From assembly GCF_964213995.1 (NCBI RefSeq), contig NW_027590123.1, positions 2,480,001 through 2,522,988 on the forward strand: DNA of 42,988 bases, in the 5' to 3' direction. The first letter of the stretch is position 1. Each line of letters opens with the position of its first letter. The notes beneath the pieces are model-generated. The model was not told where the DNA came from, searched no databases, and saw only the letters and a program-made list of their open reading frames with translations. Of this stretch, positions 26,990 to 39,406 are shown in pieces. This stretch comes from Mustelus asterias (Eukaryota). A program made the translations under genes and the position numbers.

Positions 26990-28590
26990 GATAGACTATT
27001 TACAGGAGAGAAGAAGGCCATTTTGAAGCATCATGTATGTGCTGGTCCTCTAAAGGAGCAATTCATCCAATAAGACTCTATACCCGACAGTCCAGCATTT
27101 TGTTCAATTCCAGACAATAATCCAATCCCATTTTGAAACCATCAATTGGCGCTCCCTGAACCGTACTCTGAAACAGCAGATTGCAGGTCTGAATCAGTCA
27201 CTGTCCGAAAATGTTTTTCGTTATGACTCCATGCTTCTTTCACCAATTAACTTCAACCCGCCCCCTCTGTTACAAAATCCATCTGCTATTGAACAATTAC
27301 TCTCTATCTACTCTGTCAAGACCCCTCAGGATTTTGAAGGCCTCAATGGGATCACATCAGCAACTTCCTGTCAAGGAAATCAGTCCGAACCTCACCAATA
27401 TATTTTCGGAACTGAAGTTTCTGATCTCTGGAACTAATCTCGTATTTTCCCCCTGCATCCAGCCTATTGGCTTTACATTTCTCCTTACGTTTGGTGCCCA
27501 GAATTTGACGCAATTTTTCAGTTGACTATTTTCCAGTGCTTTTTACAAATTTAGCATAACTTCCTTGCTTCTGTATTCTTTTCCCCAACAAAGACTGTTA
27601 ACTATTTTCTTTTCCGCTCTTTCAAACTATCTTCCACCATGAATGATCTATGCACATATTCACTCAGGTCCCTCGGCGTCTTACCGCCACATTCATAGCG
27701 TTTTCATCATTTCCCTTTGTCTCTTCACATTCTGCTTAACAAAACTAATCATGTAACTTTACATGCAATCAATTAAATCTCCCAATTGCAGGACAATTCC
27801 ACAAATTAGTTTTTTTTTCGTTCTGAAGTTCTGCTCGGTCTTCTGATGGTTGGCAATGTTTCCATGTTTTGCATTATACACAGATTTTGAAAGTCTGACC
27901 TCCATACCAAGCTCTCGGCCATTACTATGCCGGGAAGATCAAGAGTCATATAACCTGTTCCTGGCACCTTCACTGCAAACTTTGTTCCAGTCCGAAAAAC
28001 AGCTATGAGTTGTTTCCTGGCACTCAGCCAATTTCCTATCCGTGTTGCTCCTATCCATTTTATTCTCTGATCTCCACATTTACTCACAAGCTGTGATGTA
28101 GCACCATATCACATGACCTTTGGACGCCCATTAAGAGAAATACCCTCACAAACCATCTCTGTTGTTCAGCATTAAACTCAAGCAAGTTGACGAAAAACGA
28201 TTTGATCTGAACAAATACATTCTGGCTGAATTTGTCAAAAAGCATTAAAGTGGGATGATTTCTGCAGTGATGAAGGCAGTGAAGATATGGATGTTATATC
28301 TGCTGGCGACACAAGGATAGATCGTAAAATTGGGCATTGGCGAGGGCATTGGATATATCTCGAATATTGTGTACACTATTTCTCTCCTTATCTTAAGAAA
28401 TATGTTAATGCATGAGAAAAAGTTCAGAGGAGTTTTACGAAACCATCACCAGCTCTGAGCGGGTGATCTGATGAGGAAAGGATGTTGACGCCAGGTTTGT
28501 ATCCACGGGAGTTCAGAAGAGTAAGAGGCAAATTGACTGAAAGCTTTAAAACGCGAAGGGGTGCCAACAGTGTGGATGTTGAGCGGATGA
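26990..28590. mobile_element. Highly decayed CR1 remnants (minus ~26990-28135, plus ~28150-28590)
   Basis: Residual CR1 motifs with many substitutions. Confidence 0.5.
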
Positions 28591-28663
28591 TTCCTCTTGT
28601 CCAATGTTGTAGCTGCACTGGATATGTCTCTGAGTGTACATTTGTGGGCTCTTGGTATTCCGT

Positions 28664-28790
28664 CTGTTTCCAATGCTGTTGTACTGTCCACGGAGGGCGC
28701 TCTCTGATCGCTTACCGAAAATCATGGCATCTTTTTGCAGAAAGTGAATATTTGCCGATATGCAAATGGGCGGAGAAAATAAATCCCATC
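28664..28790 (+). promoter_or_regulatory. Orphan paralog of the V-gene upstream (putative promoter) region, with octamer and GC box
   Basis: Colinear with 38701-38828 (ctgtttccaat, ctgtccacgg, tctctgatc, atgggcggaga); ATGCAAAT at 28760-28767, GGGCGG at 28768-28773. Confidence 0.55.
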
Positions 28791-29527
28791 CCATCACATT
28801 GTATCTTCCCGGTTCTTTTGATTCAACCTTTAACTTCAATACATTTATTTAACACAAATGTCCTCATTCTGAATTGAATATCTCTGAAATAGACAACATT
28901 GAATTGCAAGCATGGCTAATCAACAAAAGAGCGCGAGTCACTGGGAAATACACATCCCATGGTACTTTTTGAAATTGACCACAGTCAGCTTTCAAACAAA
29001 AGCAAATATCTTTCAAGGGAAGAGATTTAAGAATGATCTGTTAGTTATACGTGATCCTTCTTTATTCGGTGTGTGAAACATTCTGGCACTTAAATCTCTT
29101 TCATCGACAGGAGGCCCAGCAGTTCCGCACTGATCCTCGATTTCCTCATCTGTCTGAGTGGTTTTTCCTCTTTCTTTATTCGGAAGAACAATTTTAAAAA
29201 CAAGCTTCGAAGCAATGTGTGCCATTTCCTCTAGCTCAGTTACAGTTTCACCAGTGTCTGTCTTTATGAGCCCGCACTACTGGTAGACATGTTTCAGATG
29301 GTGATTAAATCTGTTTGTCTGCACCGGTAAACGCATTAAATTTTGTTGCGGACTGAACGAGTTGCGAATATATGTACAAACAATACAAACATTTATTTCC
29401 TGCCATTGCATCCTAAATAACAGCATTTCTGATTTTCCGAAAGGCAATTGAATTAATGTAAGATCCGATTTTCCGAAAAGCATTTGAGTTGATGTAACAT
29501 CGAGATTCACATAATGGTGAGCAATGA

Positions 29528-29838
29528 TGGTGGCACAGTGGGACGGCACAGTGACACATTGGTAAGCACTGCGGCCTCACAGACACCTGGGTTCGACTCA
29601 AGGCTTGGGTCACTGTCTGTGTTGAGTTTGCACGTTCTACCCGTGTTCCCCGGGTCCTGGTTTCCTCCCACAGTCCAAAGATGTGCAGGCGAGGTGGATA
29701 GGCCATGCTAAATTTCCCCTTAGTGCCAGGGGGCGAGGTAGGTAAACACATGGGGTCATGGGGATAGGGCCTGGGTGGGATTGTGTTCGATGCAGTCTCG
29801 ATGGGCCGAATGGCCTCCCTCTTCACTGCAGGATTCTA
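29528..29838 (+). mobile_element. HE1-like V-SINE (CR1-type tail)
   Basis: tRNA head, V domain, tail ctcgatgggccgaatggcctcc. Confidence 0.88.
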
Positions 29839-29890
29839 GGAAGGTAAACCATGCAGGCTTCGCACTCCCTTAATAAGGAAGGTCCGAAAG

Positions 29891-29963
29891 TGCTTCTGCC
29901 GGGTTTTGATCCGGGGATCTTTCACGTGTGAGGCGAACGTGATAACCATGACATTACATGAAC
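29891..29963 (-). pseudogene. tRNA-Val(CAC) pseudogene, copy 1
   Basis: About 13/73 differences from the recalled vertebrate Val-CAC sequence; anticodon kept, stems broken. Confidence 0.85.
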
Positions 29964-30231
29964 AGCTGACCGCATATTTTAGCTAATCGGCCTGCCTGCA
30001 ATGTCCAACTGCGCTGCGTTGCTCCAGGTTCCAATGGATAGACTGAGAGCCCATGTCACTGAATTCAAGAAGAAAACCGGTACTTTTAACCTGATTTCAG
30101 AATTTATCTTGAACATCAAAATTTAAAAGCTTTCGTTTGGCAAATATCTAAGTGAGCATTGATTTCTGCCCATTCATTAATGCATCATTTTCATCTTCCT
30201 TCGAATGATCTCAACAAATTGTAATCAGTAA

Positions 30232-30366
30232 TAAAAGTAAATTACTGCGGATGCTGGAATCGGAAACCAAAAGAGAAAATGCTCGAAAATCTCGCAATGT
30301 CTGACAGCTCCTGTAAGGAGAGAAAAGGGCTGACCTTTCGAGTCCAGATGACATTTTGTGAAAGCT
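30232..30366 (-). mobile_element. Penelope-like terminal repeat fragment, co-duplicated (also ~32110-32240 and ~33937-34070)
   Basis: aaattactgcggatgctggaatc...tttcgagtccagatgac at the same position in three array units. Confidence 0.6.
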
Positions 30367-31046
30367 CATTGAGCAATTGTACTCAGTATTTGTTTTATTA
30401 TTCAATATTTAGTATCAATACATTATTTAACACATATGTCTTCATTATGAATTGAATATCTCTGGAATTGAATATCACTGAATTGCAAACATAACTGACC
30501 AACAGAACGAATCGAATCACCGGGTAATACAGATCGCAATTTTGAGATTGATCATAACCAGCTTTTAAACAAAGTCAACTACGTTTTAAATGCAAGTGAT
30601 TCAAGAATTAACTGTTCGTGACAATTGAGCCTTTTTTTATTATGGGCGTGAAATATTCAGGCGCATAAATTCCGGCCATTTATAGGAAGGTCCAGAAGAT
30701 CTGCACTGAGTCCCGATTCTCTCATCTGTTTGAGTGTTTTTTTTTTCTATTTCTTTGTTGTGAAGAACGATTTTTTAAAAGAATCGTCTGGGAAATGAAC
30801 GCCATTTCTGATAGATCACTTACAATATCACTTGTGTCAGTCTTCTGGAGCAGACGCTACTATTAGAAACGTTTCATTCTTGTCAGTGCATCAAAAAAAA
30901 GTCAGCATTTCTTATTTTACAGAAAACATTGGAGGCCGATGTCAGAGCAACAATAATATGCCTGTAATATTGAGGTTCAGATAATGTTGAGAAACGAACT
31001 GAAATCATGCAATTTTCCTTCACGCGACATGAGAAAGCTTAATGAA

Positions 31047-31119
31047 TGTTTCTGCTCCGTTTCGAACCAGGACCTTTCCGCGTGTCAGACGAACATAATA
31101 ACCACTACACTGGAGAAAC
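31047..31119 (-). pseudogene. tRNA-Val pseudogene, copy 2 (anticodon reads GAC)
   Basis: tgtttctgctccgtttcgaaccaggacc...aaccactacactggagaaac. Confidence 0.82.
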
Positions 31120-31339
31120 AGCTGGACGCAAACTGCAGCAAATCGGACTGTCCGCAATGTTCAACAGCTGCAGGTTCCAATGGTCAGACTGAGAGCCCAT
31201 GCTTCTTAATTCAGGAAGATAACCGTTGCTTTCAATCTGATTGCTCAACTTATTTTGAACATCAAAATTTAAAAGCGTTCTTCTGGCAAATATCTAAGGG
31301 AACAATGATTTCTCGCCTTTCATTAATGCATCATTCTAT

Positions 31340-32061
31340 AGCTATACGATAAATGGCAGAACCATAAAGGGTGTAGATACGCAGAGGGACCTGGGTGTGC
31401 AAGTCCACAGATCCTTGAAGGTGACGTCACAGGTGGAGAAGGTAGTGAATAAGGCATATGGCATGCTTGCCTTTATAGGACGGGGCATAGAGTATAAGGT
31501 TGGAGTCTGATGTTGCAGATGTACAGAACGTTGGTTCGGCCGCATTTGGAATACTGCGTCCAGTTCTGGTCGCCACACTACCAGAAGGACGTGGAGGCTT
31601 TGGAGAGAGTGCAGAGGAGGTTGACCTGGATGTTGTCTGGTATGGAGGGGCTTAGTTATGAGGAGAGATTGGGTAAACTGGGGTTGTTCTCCCTGGAAAA
31701 ACGGAGGATGAGGGGAGACTTAATAGAGGTGTATAAAGTTATGAAAGGCATAGATAGGATGAACGGTGGGAAGCTTTTCCCCAGGTCGGTGGTGACGTTC
31801 ACGAGGGGTCATGGGTTCAAGGTGAACGGGGGGAGGTTTAACACAGATATCAGAAGGACATATTTTACACAGAGGGTGGTGGGGGCCTGGAATGCGCTGC
31901 CAGGCAAGGTGGTGGAGGCGGACACACTGGGAACGTTTAAGACTTATCTAGATAGCCACATGAACGGAGTGGGAATGGAGGGATGCAAAAGAATGGTCTA
32001 GTTTGGACCAGGGAGCAGCACGGGCTTGGGCTAGTTCCTGTGCTGTATTGTTCTTTGTTCT
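31340..32061 (+). mobile_element. CR1 3' fragment inserted into an array unit
   Basis: ORF 31510-32001; the unit resumes at ~32062 (attctcatcttccttcg). Confidence 0.92.
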
Positions 32062-32961
32062 TTATTCTCATCTTCCTTCGAATAATCTCAACCAATTGTT
32101 CTCAGCAATAAAAGCAAATTACTGCGGATACTGGAATCGGAAACCAAACGAAAAAATGCTGGAAAATCTCACAACGTCTGACAGCACCTGTAAGAAGAGA
32201 AAGGAGCTGACGTTTCGAGTCCAGATGACACTTCAACAACGTTCATTGTACAATTGTACTCAGCATTTGTTTCAATATTTAGTCTCAATGCATTATTTAA
32301 CACATATGTCTTCATTATGAATTGAATATCTCTGAAATTGAATATCATAGAATTGTAAATATAACTGACCAACAGGAATCGAGTCACCGGGGAATACATA
32401 TCACAATTATGAGATTGACCATAGCGAACTACATTTAAACAAAGTGAACTACATTTAAATAGACGAGATTGAAGAATTATTGACACTTGAGTCTTTTCTT
32501 TTTTGAGTGTGAAACATTCAGGCGCATAAATTCCGGCCATTTAAATGAAAGTTCAGTAGATCCGCACTGAGTCTCGATTTCCTCATTTGTCTGAGTGTTT
32601 TTTTTCCCATTTCTTTGTTTTGAAGAACGATTTAAAAAAAGATTCTTCTGGGAAATGTGTGCCATTTCCTACACTTCACTTACCGTATCACTTGTGTCAG
32701 TCCCCTGGAGCACATACTACTATTCGAAAAGTTCCAGATGGTGATTAGCTACGTTAATCTGCACCTATAAACTCTTTAAATTCTGTTGTAGACTGAACGT
32801 GATGCGAATATGCGCACAGTGTCAAAATCGAAAGGTTTCTTTCCTGTCAGTTCGTCAAAAAGCTATCAACATTCTTATTTTACAGAAATCATTTGAGGCC
32901 GAGGTCAGAGCAAAGATCATATGGCTGCAACATCAAGATGCGGATAATGTTCAGCAACGAA

Positions 32962-33275
32962 GATCTAATACAAATAGGAAATATACAGTAAATGGCAGAA
33001 CCCTTAAGAATATTGATAGGCAAAGGGATCTGGGTGTACAGGTATACAGGTCACTGAAAGTGGCAATGCAGGTGGAGAAGGTAGTCAAGAAGGCATACCC
33101 ATGCTTGCCTTCATCGGCCGGGGCATTGAGTTTAAAAATTGGCAAGTCATGTTGCAACTTTATAGAACCTTAGTTAGGCCGCACTTGGAATATAATATTT
33201 AAATTTGGTCGCCACACTACCAGAAGGATGTGGAGGCTTTGGAGAGGGCAAAGAAAAGATTTACCAGGATGTTGC
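32962..33275 (+). mobile_element. CR1 fragment
   Basis: YTVNGRTL..RDLGVQV motif. Confidence 0.85.
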
Positions 33276-33277
33276 CC

Positions 33278-33486
33278 TCTTTTTAGGTCAAACCAAACCA
33301 AGTAAACAAACTCAGATTAAATCAGGACAAAGTAAAAGGGGCAGCTCCCCAAAAAGGAGGGGAACAGCCCGAACAGAAATCAAAGTACAAAGGAAACTTA
33401 AAAACATCAAATTAAAATGTGATTATTGGGGTCAATAATGCACCCCAACCACTGCGGTGCCCAGCGGGCGCGGAAAGCGTCAACCT
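33278..33486 (-). mobile_element. Tx1-like LINE 3' end
   Basis: Minus strand encodes VDAFRARWAPQWLGCIIDPNNHILI* followed by a T-rich UTR. Confidence 0.55.
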
Positions 33487-33595
33487 AGCATGGTCGGTGC
33501 ATGCGTGGAGGGCTGGTTACTATGCTGTAATTTTCTTTGTTCTTTATATTGAAATCATACAGATTTCCTCACCCTAAATTAGAAAGCTTAATGAG

Positions 33596-33668
33596 CGTTT
33601 CTGCCCGGTTTTGAACTGGGAACCTTTCGCGTGTGAGGTGAATGTGATAACCACTACACTACAGAAAC
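33596..33668 (-). pseudogene. tRNA-Val(CAC) copy 3, best preserved, probably a pseudogene
   Basis: 8/73 differences, 6 of them at CpG; acceptor stem intact, A:C mismatches in the anticodon and T stems. Confidence 0.88.
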
Positions 33669-34850
33669 AGGTGACAGCAATGATAGCAAATCCGCCTCTC
33701 TGCAATGTTCAACTGTGCTGTGTTGCTGCAGTTTCAAATGGTTCGACTGAGAGCCCATGTCCCTTGTTTCAGGAAGATAACCGTTACTGTCAATATGATT
33801 GTTCAACTTATCTTGAACTTCAAAATTTTAAAGCGATCGCCTGTCAAATATCTAAGGCAACAATGAATTCCACTCATTCATTAATGCATTATTTTCATCT
33901 TCCTTCGAATAATCTCAACCAATTGTGCTCATTAATGAAAGCAAATTACTGCAGATGATAGAATCTGAAACCAAAGGAGAAAATGCTGGAAAATCTCACA
34001 AGGTCTGGCAGCATCTGTCAGGAGAGAAAAGAGCTGACGTTTCGAATCCAGATGACATTTTGTCAAAGCTCATTTTACAATTGTACTCAGTATTTGTTTC
34101 AATATTTAATATCAATACATTGTTTAACACATATGACTTCATTATGAATTGAATATCTCGGAAATTGAATATCACTGAATTGCAAACATAACTGGCCAAC
34201 GAAAAGAGTCGAGTCACCGGGTAATACAGATCCCATGGTTGTTTGTTTGAGATTGGCCATCATCAGCTTTTAAACAAAGTCAACTATAATTAAATGGAAG
34301 AGATTGAAGAATTATCGGTGAGGTATACTTGAGCCTTTTTTATTATAAGTGTGAAACATTCAGGCGTATAAATTCCGGCCACCTATAGGAAAGTCTAGTT
34401 GATCCGCACTGAGTCTCCATTTCTTCATCTGTCTGTGTGTTTTTTCCGATTTCCATGTTATGAAGAACAATTTTTTAAAAAAGATTCTTCTGGGAAATGT
34501 GTGCCATTTCCTCTAGTTCACTTCGAGTATCACTTGTGTCTGTCTTGTTGAGCACACACTCCTATTAGACATGTTTCAGATGGTGATTCGCTATTTTAGT
34601 TTGCACCTATGAACCCATTAAATTCTGTTGTCCACTGAACAAGATGACACTATGTGCACGTTCTCAAAATAGAGACGTTTCTTTCCTGTCAGTGCGTCGA
34701 AAAAATCAGCATTTCTTATTCGCAGAAACCATTTGAGTTTGAGGTCAGAGCAAAGATAATATTGTTGTAATGTCGAGATTCGGATAATGTTCAGCAACGA
34801 ACTGAAATCATACAGGATTTCCCTCATCTTCCATGAGAAAGCTCAACGAA

Positions 34851-34923
34851 TGCTGCTTCCCTGTTTCGGACCAGGAACTTTTTGTGTTTTAGGCGAACGG
34901 GATAACCACTCCACTGCAGAAAC
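34851..34923 (-). pseudogene. tRNA-Val pseudogene, copy 4
   Basis: ...aggcgaacgggataaccactccactgcagaaac; anticodon mutated. Confidence 0.78.
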
Positions 34924-36451
34924 AAGTGATAGGATTGGGGCCTCAATGGGCCTGACTACAATGTTTAACTCCACTATGTTGCTGCAGGTTTGAGTGGTAT
35001 GATTGCGGGCCCATATCACTTAATACAAGAGCACATCCCTGACTTTCAACCTGATATCTCAACTTATCTTGTTCTTCAAAATTAAAAAGAGTTCGTCCGG
35101 CAAATGTCTAAGAAAGCACTGATTTGTGCTCAATCATCAATGCTTCATTCTTATCTTCCTGCGAATAATTTCAACCAATTATACTCAGTATTTTTTTCAT
35201 ACAATCATAGAATCAGTGCAGAAAAGGTATTCGATCGAACGAATCAGCAGCGACGCCAGGACATCATAACCAGGCCATTTCCCTCGTTTCCCCCGCAACG
35301 CTACTCCTTTCGCATGGCTATTCAATCTAACCAAAGGGTAATTTAGCATGCCCAATCCACCTTGGATCTTCATTCAATTTTTAATATCAATACAGTTATT
35401 CAATATGTATGTCCAAATTCTGAATTTAATATCTCTGGAATATACAATCGGTCTGACTGCATTGTACAACTCCGCTCTATTGCTGCAGATTCGAATGGTT
35501 AGGACTGAGAGTCCATTTACCTCAGTGCAAGAAGACAACCGTTACTCTCAACGTGATGTCTCAACTTGTCTCGAATTTCAAAATTTAAAAGCGTTCATCG
35601 GACAAATGTCTAAGGGAGCAATGATTTCTGCTCCATCATTGATGTATCATTCTCATATACCATCGATTAACTTCAAACAGTTATATCCAGTATTTGTTCG
35701 GTAATCAACATTTAATATCAATCAATTTATTTAACACAGATATCTTCATTGCGGATTGAATATGTCTGAAATATACAACATTGAATTGCAAATATTATTG
35801 ACCAACAAAATAAATCGAGTCACGGGTAATACACATCCCATGGTGCTTTCTTGAGTTTGACCATGATCAGCTTTTAAACCAAATCAAATATCTTTAAAGG
35901 GAAGAGATTCAAGAATGATCTGTTAGTTATACTTGATCCCTCTTTATTCTGTGTGACAAACATTCTGGCGCCTAAATCTCGTTCATCTATAGGAGATCCA
36001 GACGGTCTGCTTTGATTCTCGATTTCCTCTTCTGTCTGAGAGGTTTTCCCTATTTCGTTATTATGAAGAACAATTTTCAAAAGATGCTTCGGGAAAATGT
36101 GCTCCATTTCCTCTCGTTCAGTGACAGTATCACTTGTATCTGTATTTTTAAGCACACAATACGATTAGACATGTTTCAGTTGGTGATGAATTATGTTAGT
36201 CTGCATTTATAAACCTATTAAATTCTGGTGTGGACTGAAAATATTGCTAATATGTGCACGGTTTTAAAAAAGGAACATCTATTTCCTCTCATTGCGTCAT
36301 GAAAATACAAGGTTTCTGATTTTGCTGAAAGCTTTTGAGGCCGAGGTGAGCGCAAATATAACATGGCTGTAACATCGAGTTTCGGATAATGTTCAGCTAC
36401 AATCTGAAATTATACAGACTTCCCTCAACCTTAATGAACAAATTTCATTAA

Positions 36452-36524
36452 TGCTTCTGCTCGATTTCGAACGTGGGCCGTTGCGTGCGTGAGGCAAGTG
36501 CAATCAGCACTACACCACAGAAAC
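36452..36524 (-). pseudogene. tRNA-Val pseudogene, copy 5 (most decayed)
   Basis: tgcttctgctcgatttcgaac...gtgaggc...cactacaccacagaaac at the expected unit position. Confidence 0.75.
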
Positions 36525-37210
36525 TGTTGGCTGCTCCGTAGCCCAAGGGGACTGTCTTGAAATGTTGCAACATTCATTGGGAATGCTGTAGACGCATTAA
36601 TCTAAGAATGATCGAAAATGGTTGACAATGGCACAGAACGATGAGAGGCTCATCAATCCATCAGATCTATGCGAATTATTTTATGAGGAGCTAAACAATT
36701 AACATGTCGTTGAGGGATTGGTGGGTCGAAAGGCCTGTTCCTGTGCTGAACTGTTCTTTGTTCCAATTTCAATTTCCTCCTCTCATTCCATGAAGCTGAT
36801 TTTTCTCCCTTTTAATTCATTGAAAAATCCCCATTTGAAGAAGGAGTTTCTGCGGAATCCATGTACAATTTGCTTTAACAACCTTTCCCTTACCCAATGG
36901 CAGGAAGTATTGGATTTAGCTTCGCGATATAGTTTTCAATGTAAACATATATTTATTTATGCAATTGATTTCATATCGATTTTAGAAAACGAATTTAAGT
37001 CTGATGAAGCATCTCCTCATTATTTCTGAATTATATCTAATATAAAGACATTTACTCCACAACATCACACAGAGTGTGGAATATAACAGACGCGAATGAA
37101 TCACCTACACCTGAAACAGTCTTCTTGTGTTGTCCTCCTGTGTCCCGAACATCCGAACAGAGAACCTCGAGAATGGATGCGGAATCTGTCGTGTTCACAC
37201 GGACTTCACA

Positions 37211-37530
37211 CAGGGCAACACAGTAGCACAGTGGTTAGCACTGCTGCTTCATAGCTCCAGGGACCTGGGTTCAATTCCCGGCTTGGGTCACTGTTTGTGT
37301 GGAGTTTGCACATTCTCCTCGTGTCTGCGTGGGTTTCCTCCCACAGTCCAAAGATATGTGTGTTAGGTTGATTGGCCATACTAAAATTACCCTTAGTGTC
37401 CTGAGATGCGGAGGTTAGCGGGATTAGTGGATAGATATGGGGGTAGGGCTTGGGTGAGATTATGTTCGGTGCAGACTCGATGGGCCAAATGGCCTCTTTC
37501 TGCACTGTAGGGTTTCTATGATTCTATGAT
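37211..37530 (+). mobile_element. Young full-length HE1-like V-SINE
   Basis: A and B boxes, V domain, (ttctatga)n tail. Confidence 0.92.
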
Positions 37531-37957
37531 ACACGGACGGCGGAATGTGGCGACGAGAGGATTTTTACAGTAACTTGCAGTATTAATGTAAACCTGGTTG
37601 TGACACCAGTAAATAAATTCTGGACACGGACGCATCCAGAACATGTTTGGCGGTAAAAATAAATACATCCATTATTGCTTAGTCTGCAAAAGGGTCACGT
37701 CGAGTCGTCAATCAATGATCACCATTGATGAGAAATAGATTTCTGGCTGCTCCTGTTGTTAAAATGTCGTGTTCCATCGCAATGAATATCTAACACGATA
37801 TTGCCGCACTTACACCACACCAGGGAATTCCAGTTCAGGAAGTTTACTCTGGAGCTCGCACGCTTTTTACGTTGCCAATGAGTTCATTTCTCTTTTGTGT
37901 GTCAATGGCTGTGTTAATCTGCTTGGTTATCTTTCTTAGTGATTGTCCGTGTGTCTA

Positions 37958-38168
37958 GTGGAACAAGCTGCCAGAGGGAGTAGTAGAGGCGGGTACAATT
38001 TTATCTTTTAAAAAGCATTTCGACAGTTACATGGGTACGATGGGTATAGAGGGATATGGGTCAAATGCGGGCAATTGGGATTATTTTAGGGGTTTAAAAA
38101 AAGGGCGGCATGGACAAGTTGGGCCGAAGGGCCTGTTTCCATTCTGTAAACCTCTCTATGAATCTATG
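37958..38168 (+). mobile_element. CR1 3' end
   Basis: tggaacaagctgccagaggg...gggccgaagggcctgtttcc. Confidence 0.8.
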
Positions 38169-38409
38169 TTTGAGTCGATCGGTTTGGGAATCTATCACAT
38201 AGTTTACATGTCTCTATGTTGATTCTGTGCAGTAACCGAGGCTTCTAGTGAACACGGAGGTGGAGTTATTCATGCATTATCATGGTGAGCAACGCAAACT
38301 AATAGGTGTCAGAAATCTGCAGAATAATTCTGGATTTTTAACGAGGGACGTTAGAATTGATGTCACTGTCTGGGCATACATCTATATGGTTATATATCCT
38401 TATTCGTGT

Positions 38410-38661
38410 TGGTCTTTCCGCGTGACCGTGTGTGTATCTGTTCTCCGCATGTCTGCTGGGTTTCCTCGGATGCTGTGGTTTCCTCCAACAGACCAAAGAT
38501 GTGCGGATTAGGTGGATTGGCCATGATAAATTGACCCCTAGTGTCAGGGAGATTCTGTGTGCGGTTACGGGAATAGGGCCTCGGTGGAATTGTGGTCGGT
38601 ACAGACTCTCTGGGCCAAATGGCCTCCTTCTCTACTGTCGGGGTTCTACGATTCTACGATC
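38410..38661 (+). mobile_element. 5'-decayed HE1-like SINE
   Basis: V domain and (ttctacga)n tail. Confidence 0.8.
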
Positions 38662-38929
38662 TTTATATGTGTCAGTCTTTTCAGGTTGCCGTGTGTGTAC
38701 CTGTTTCCAATATGCGGCTGTGCTGTCCACGGGAGAACACTCTCTGATCACTTATGAAAGATCACAACCCCTTTCTAAAGGAGTTGTCTGTTTGAAGATG
38801 TAAAGATGGGCGGAGAGATGGAGTCCCCTTGGACCTCCTAGCATCCCCCTGACTGTTTCAACATCTCCAATTGCAGACCTGATTCAGACAGTGATCAGTC
38901 TCTCTGTTTCTGGTGTTCAGTCTCGAACC

Positions 38930-39406
38930 ATGGGGGTGAAACTCTGTCTCACTCTGGTTATTGTCCTGATTGCAGGTTTGTCATTTTGAACTTCTGCGTG
39001 ACATCTGCCAGTCACCAGATTCATTCCCCATTTCCATCTCGAGGGGATTATTCCGTTGTTGTTACTCCTTCTAACCCACTGCGTGTCTGTTGCCTATTTT
39101 CAGACATCAGTAACGGTGACTCAGTGTCCCTGTCAGAACAAGGAGTTCAAGCAGCAGGGGGTGAAGATTCAGCAATACCCTGCAGTTACTCGGGACAGAG
39201 TTTAAGTACACAACATTAACTGTTCTGGTATCGCCAGTATACACACCGAGCTCCTCATTGACTGCTCAGAGCCGCTAATGTACCGAAACGGCTCCAGGTT
39301 TCTTATACTGCAGCGGGAATCTCAACCTGAAACAAAATTCTTTTCACTTGCCCATGAAAGATTTGAAGGTGACAGACAGCGCCGAGTATTACTGTGCACT
39401 GAGAGC
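38930..39406 (+). pseudogene. T-cell receptor alpha/delta-like V segment pseudogene (leader exon 38930-38975, intron 38976-39103, V exon 39104-39406)
   Basis: Leader MGVKLCLTLVIVLIA with phase-1 GT..AG intron; GDSVS..IPCSYS..LFWYRQY..RAP; after a frameshift FHLPMKDLKVTDSAEYYCALR; stops at 39217-39219 and 39259-39261. Confidence 0.93.

Larger units (their letters stand above)
28820..36524. repeat. Tandem array of ~1.1-1.25-kb units, each ending in a tRNA-Val copy
   Basis: Blocks such as tatttaacacatatgtcttcattatgaattgaatatctct recur at ~28845, 30425, 32295, 34122 and 35729. Confidence 0.9.

Noticed and set aside
30984-35704. Mutually similar ORFs (30984, 33611, 35348) suggesting a gene family
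   Set aside because: They overlap antisense tRNA-Val copies or unit spacers, and starts and stops are not conserved between units.
37211-37290. SINE heads as tRNA genes
   Set aside because: They continue into V-SINE bodies and lack a complete cloverleaf.
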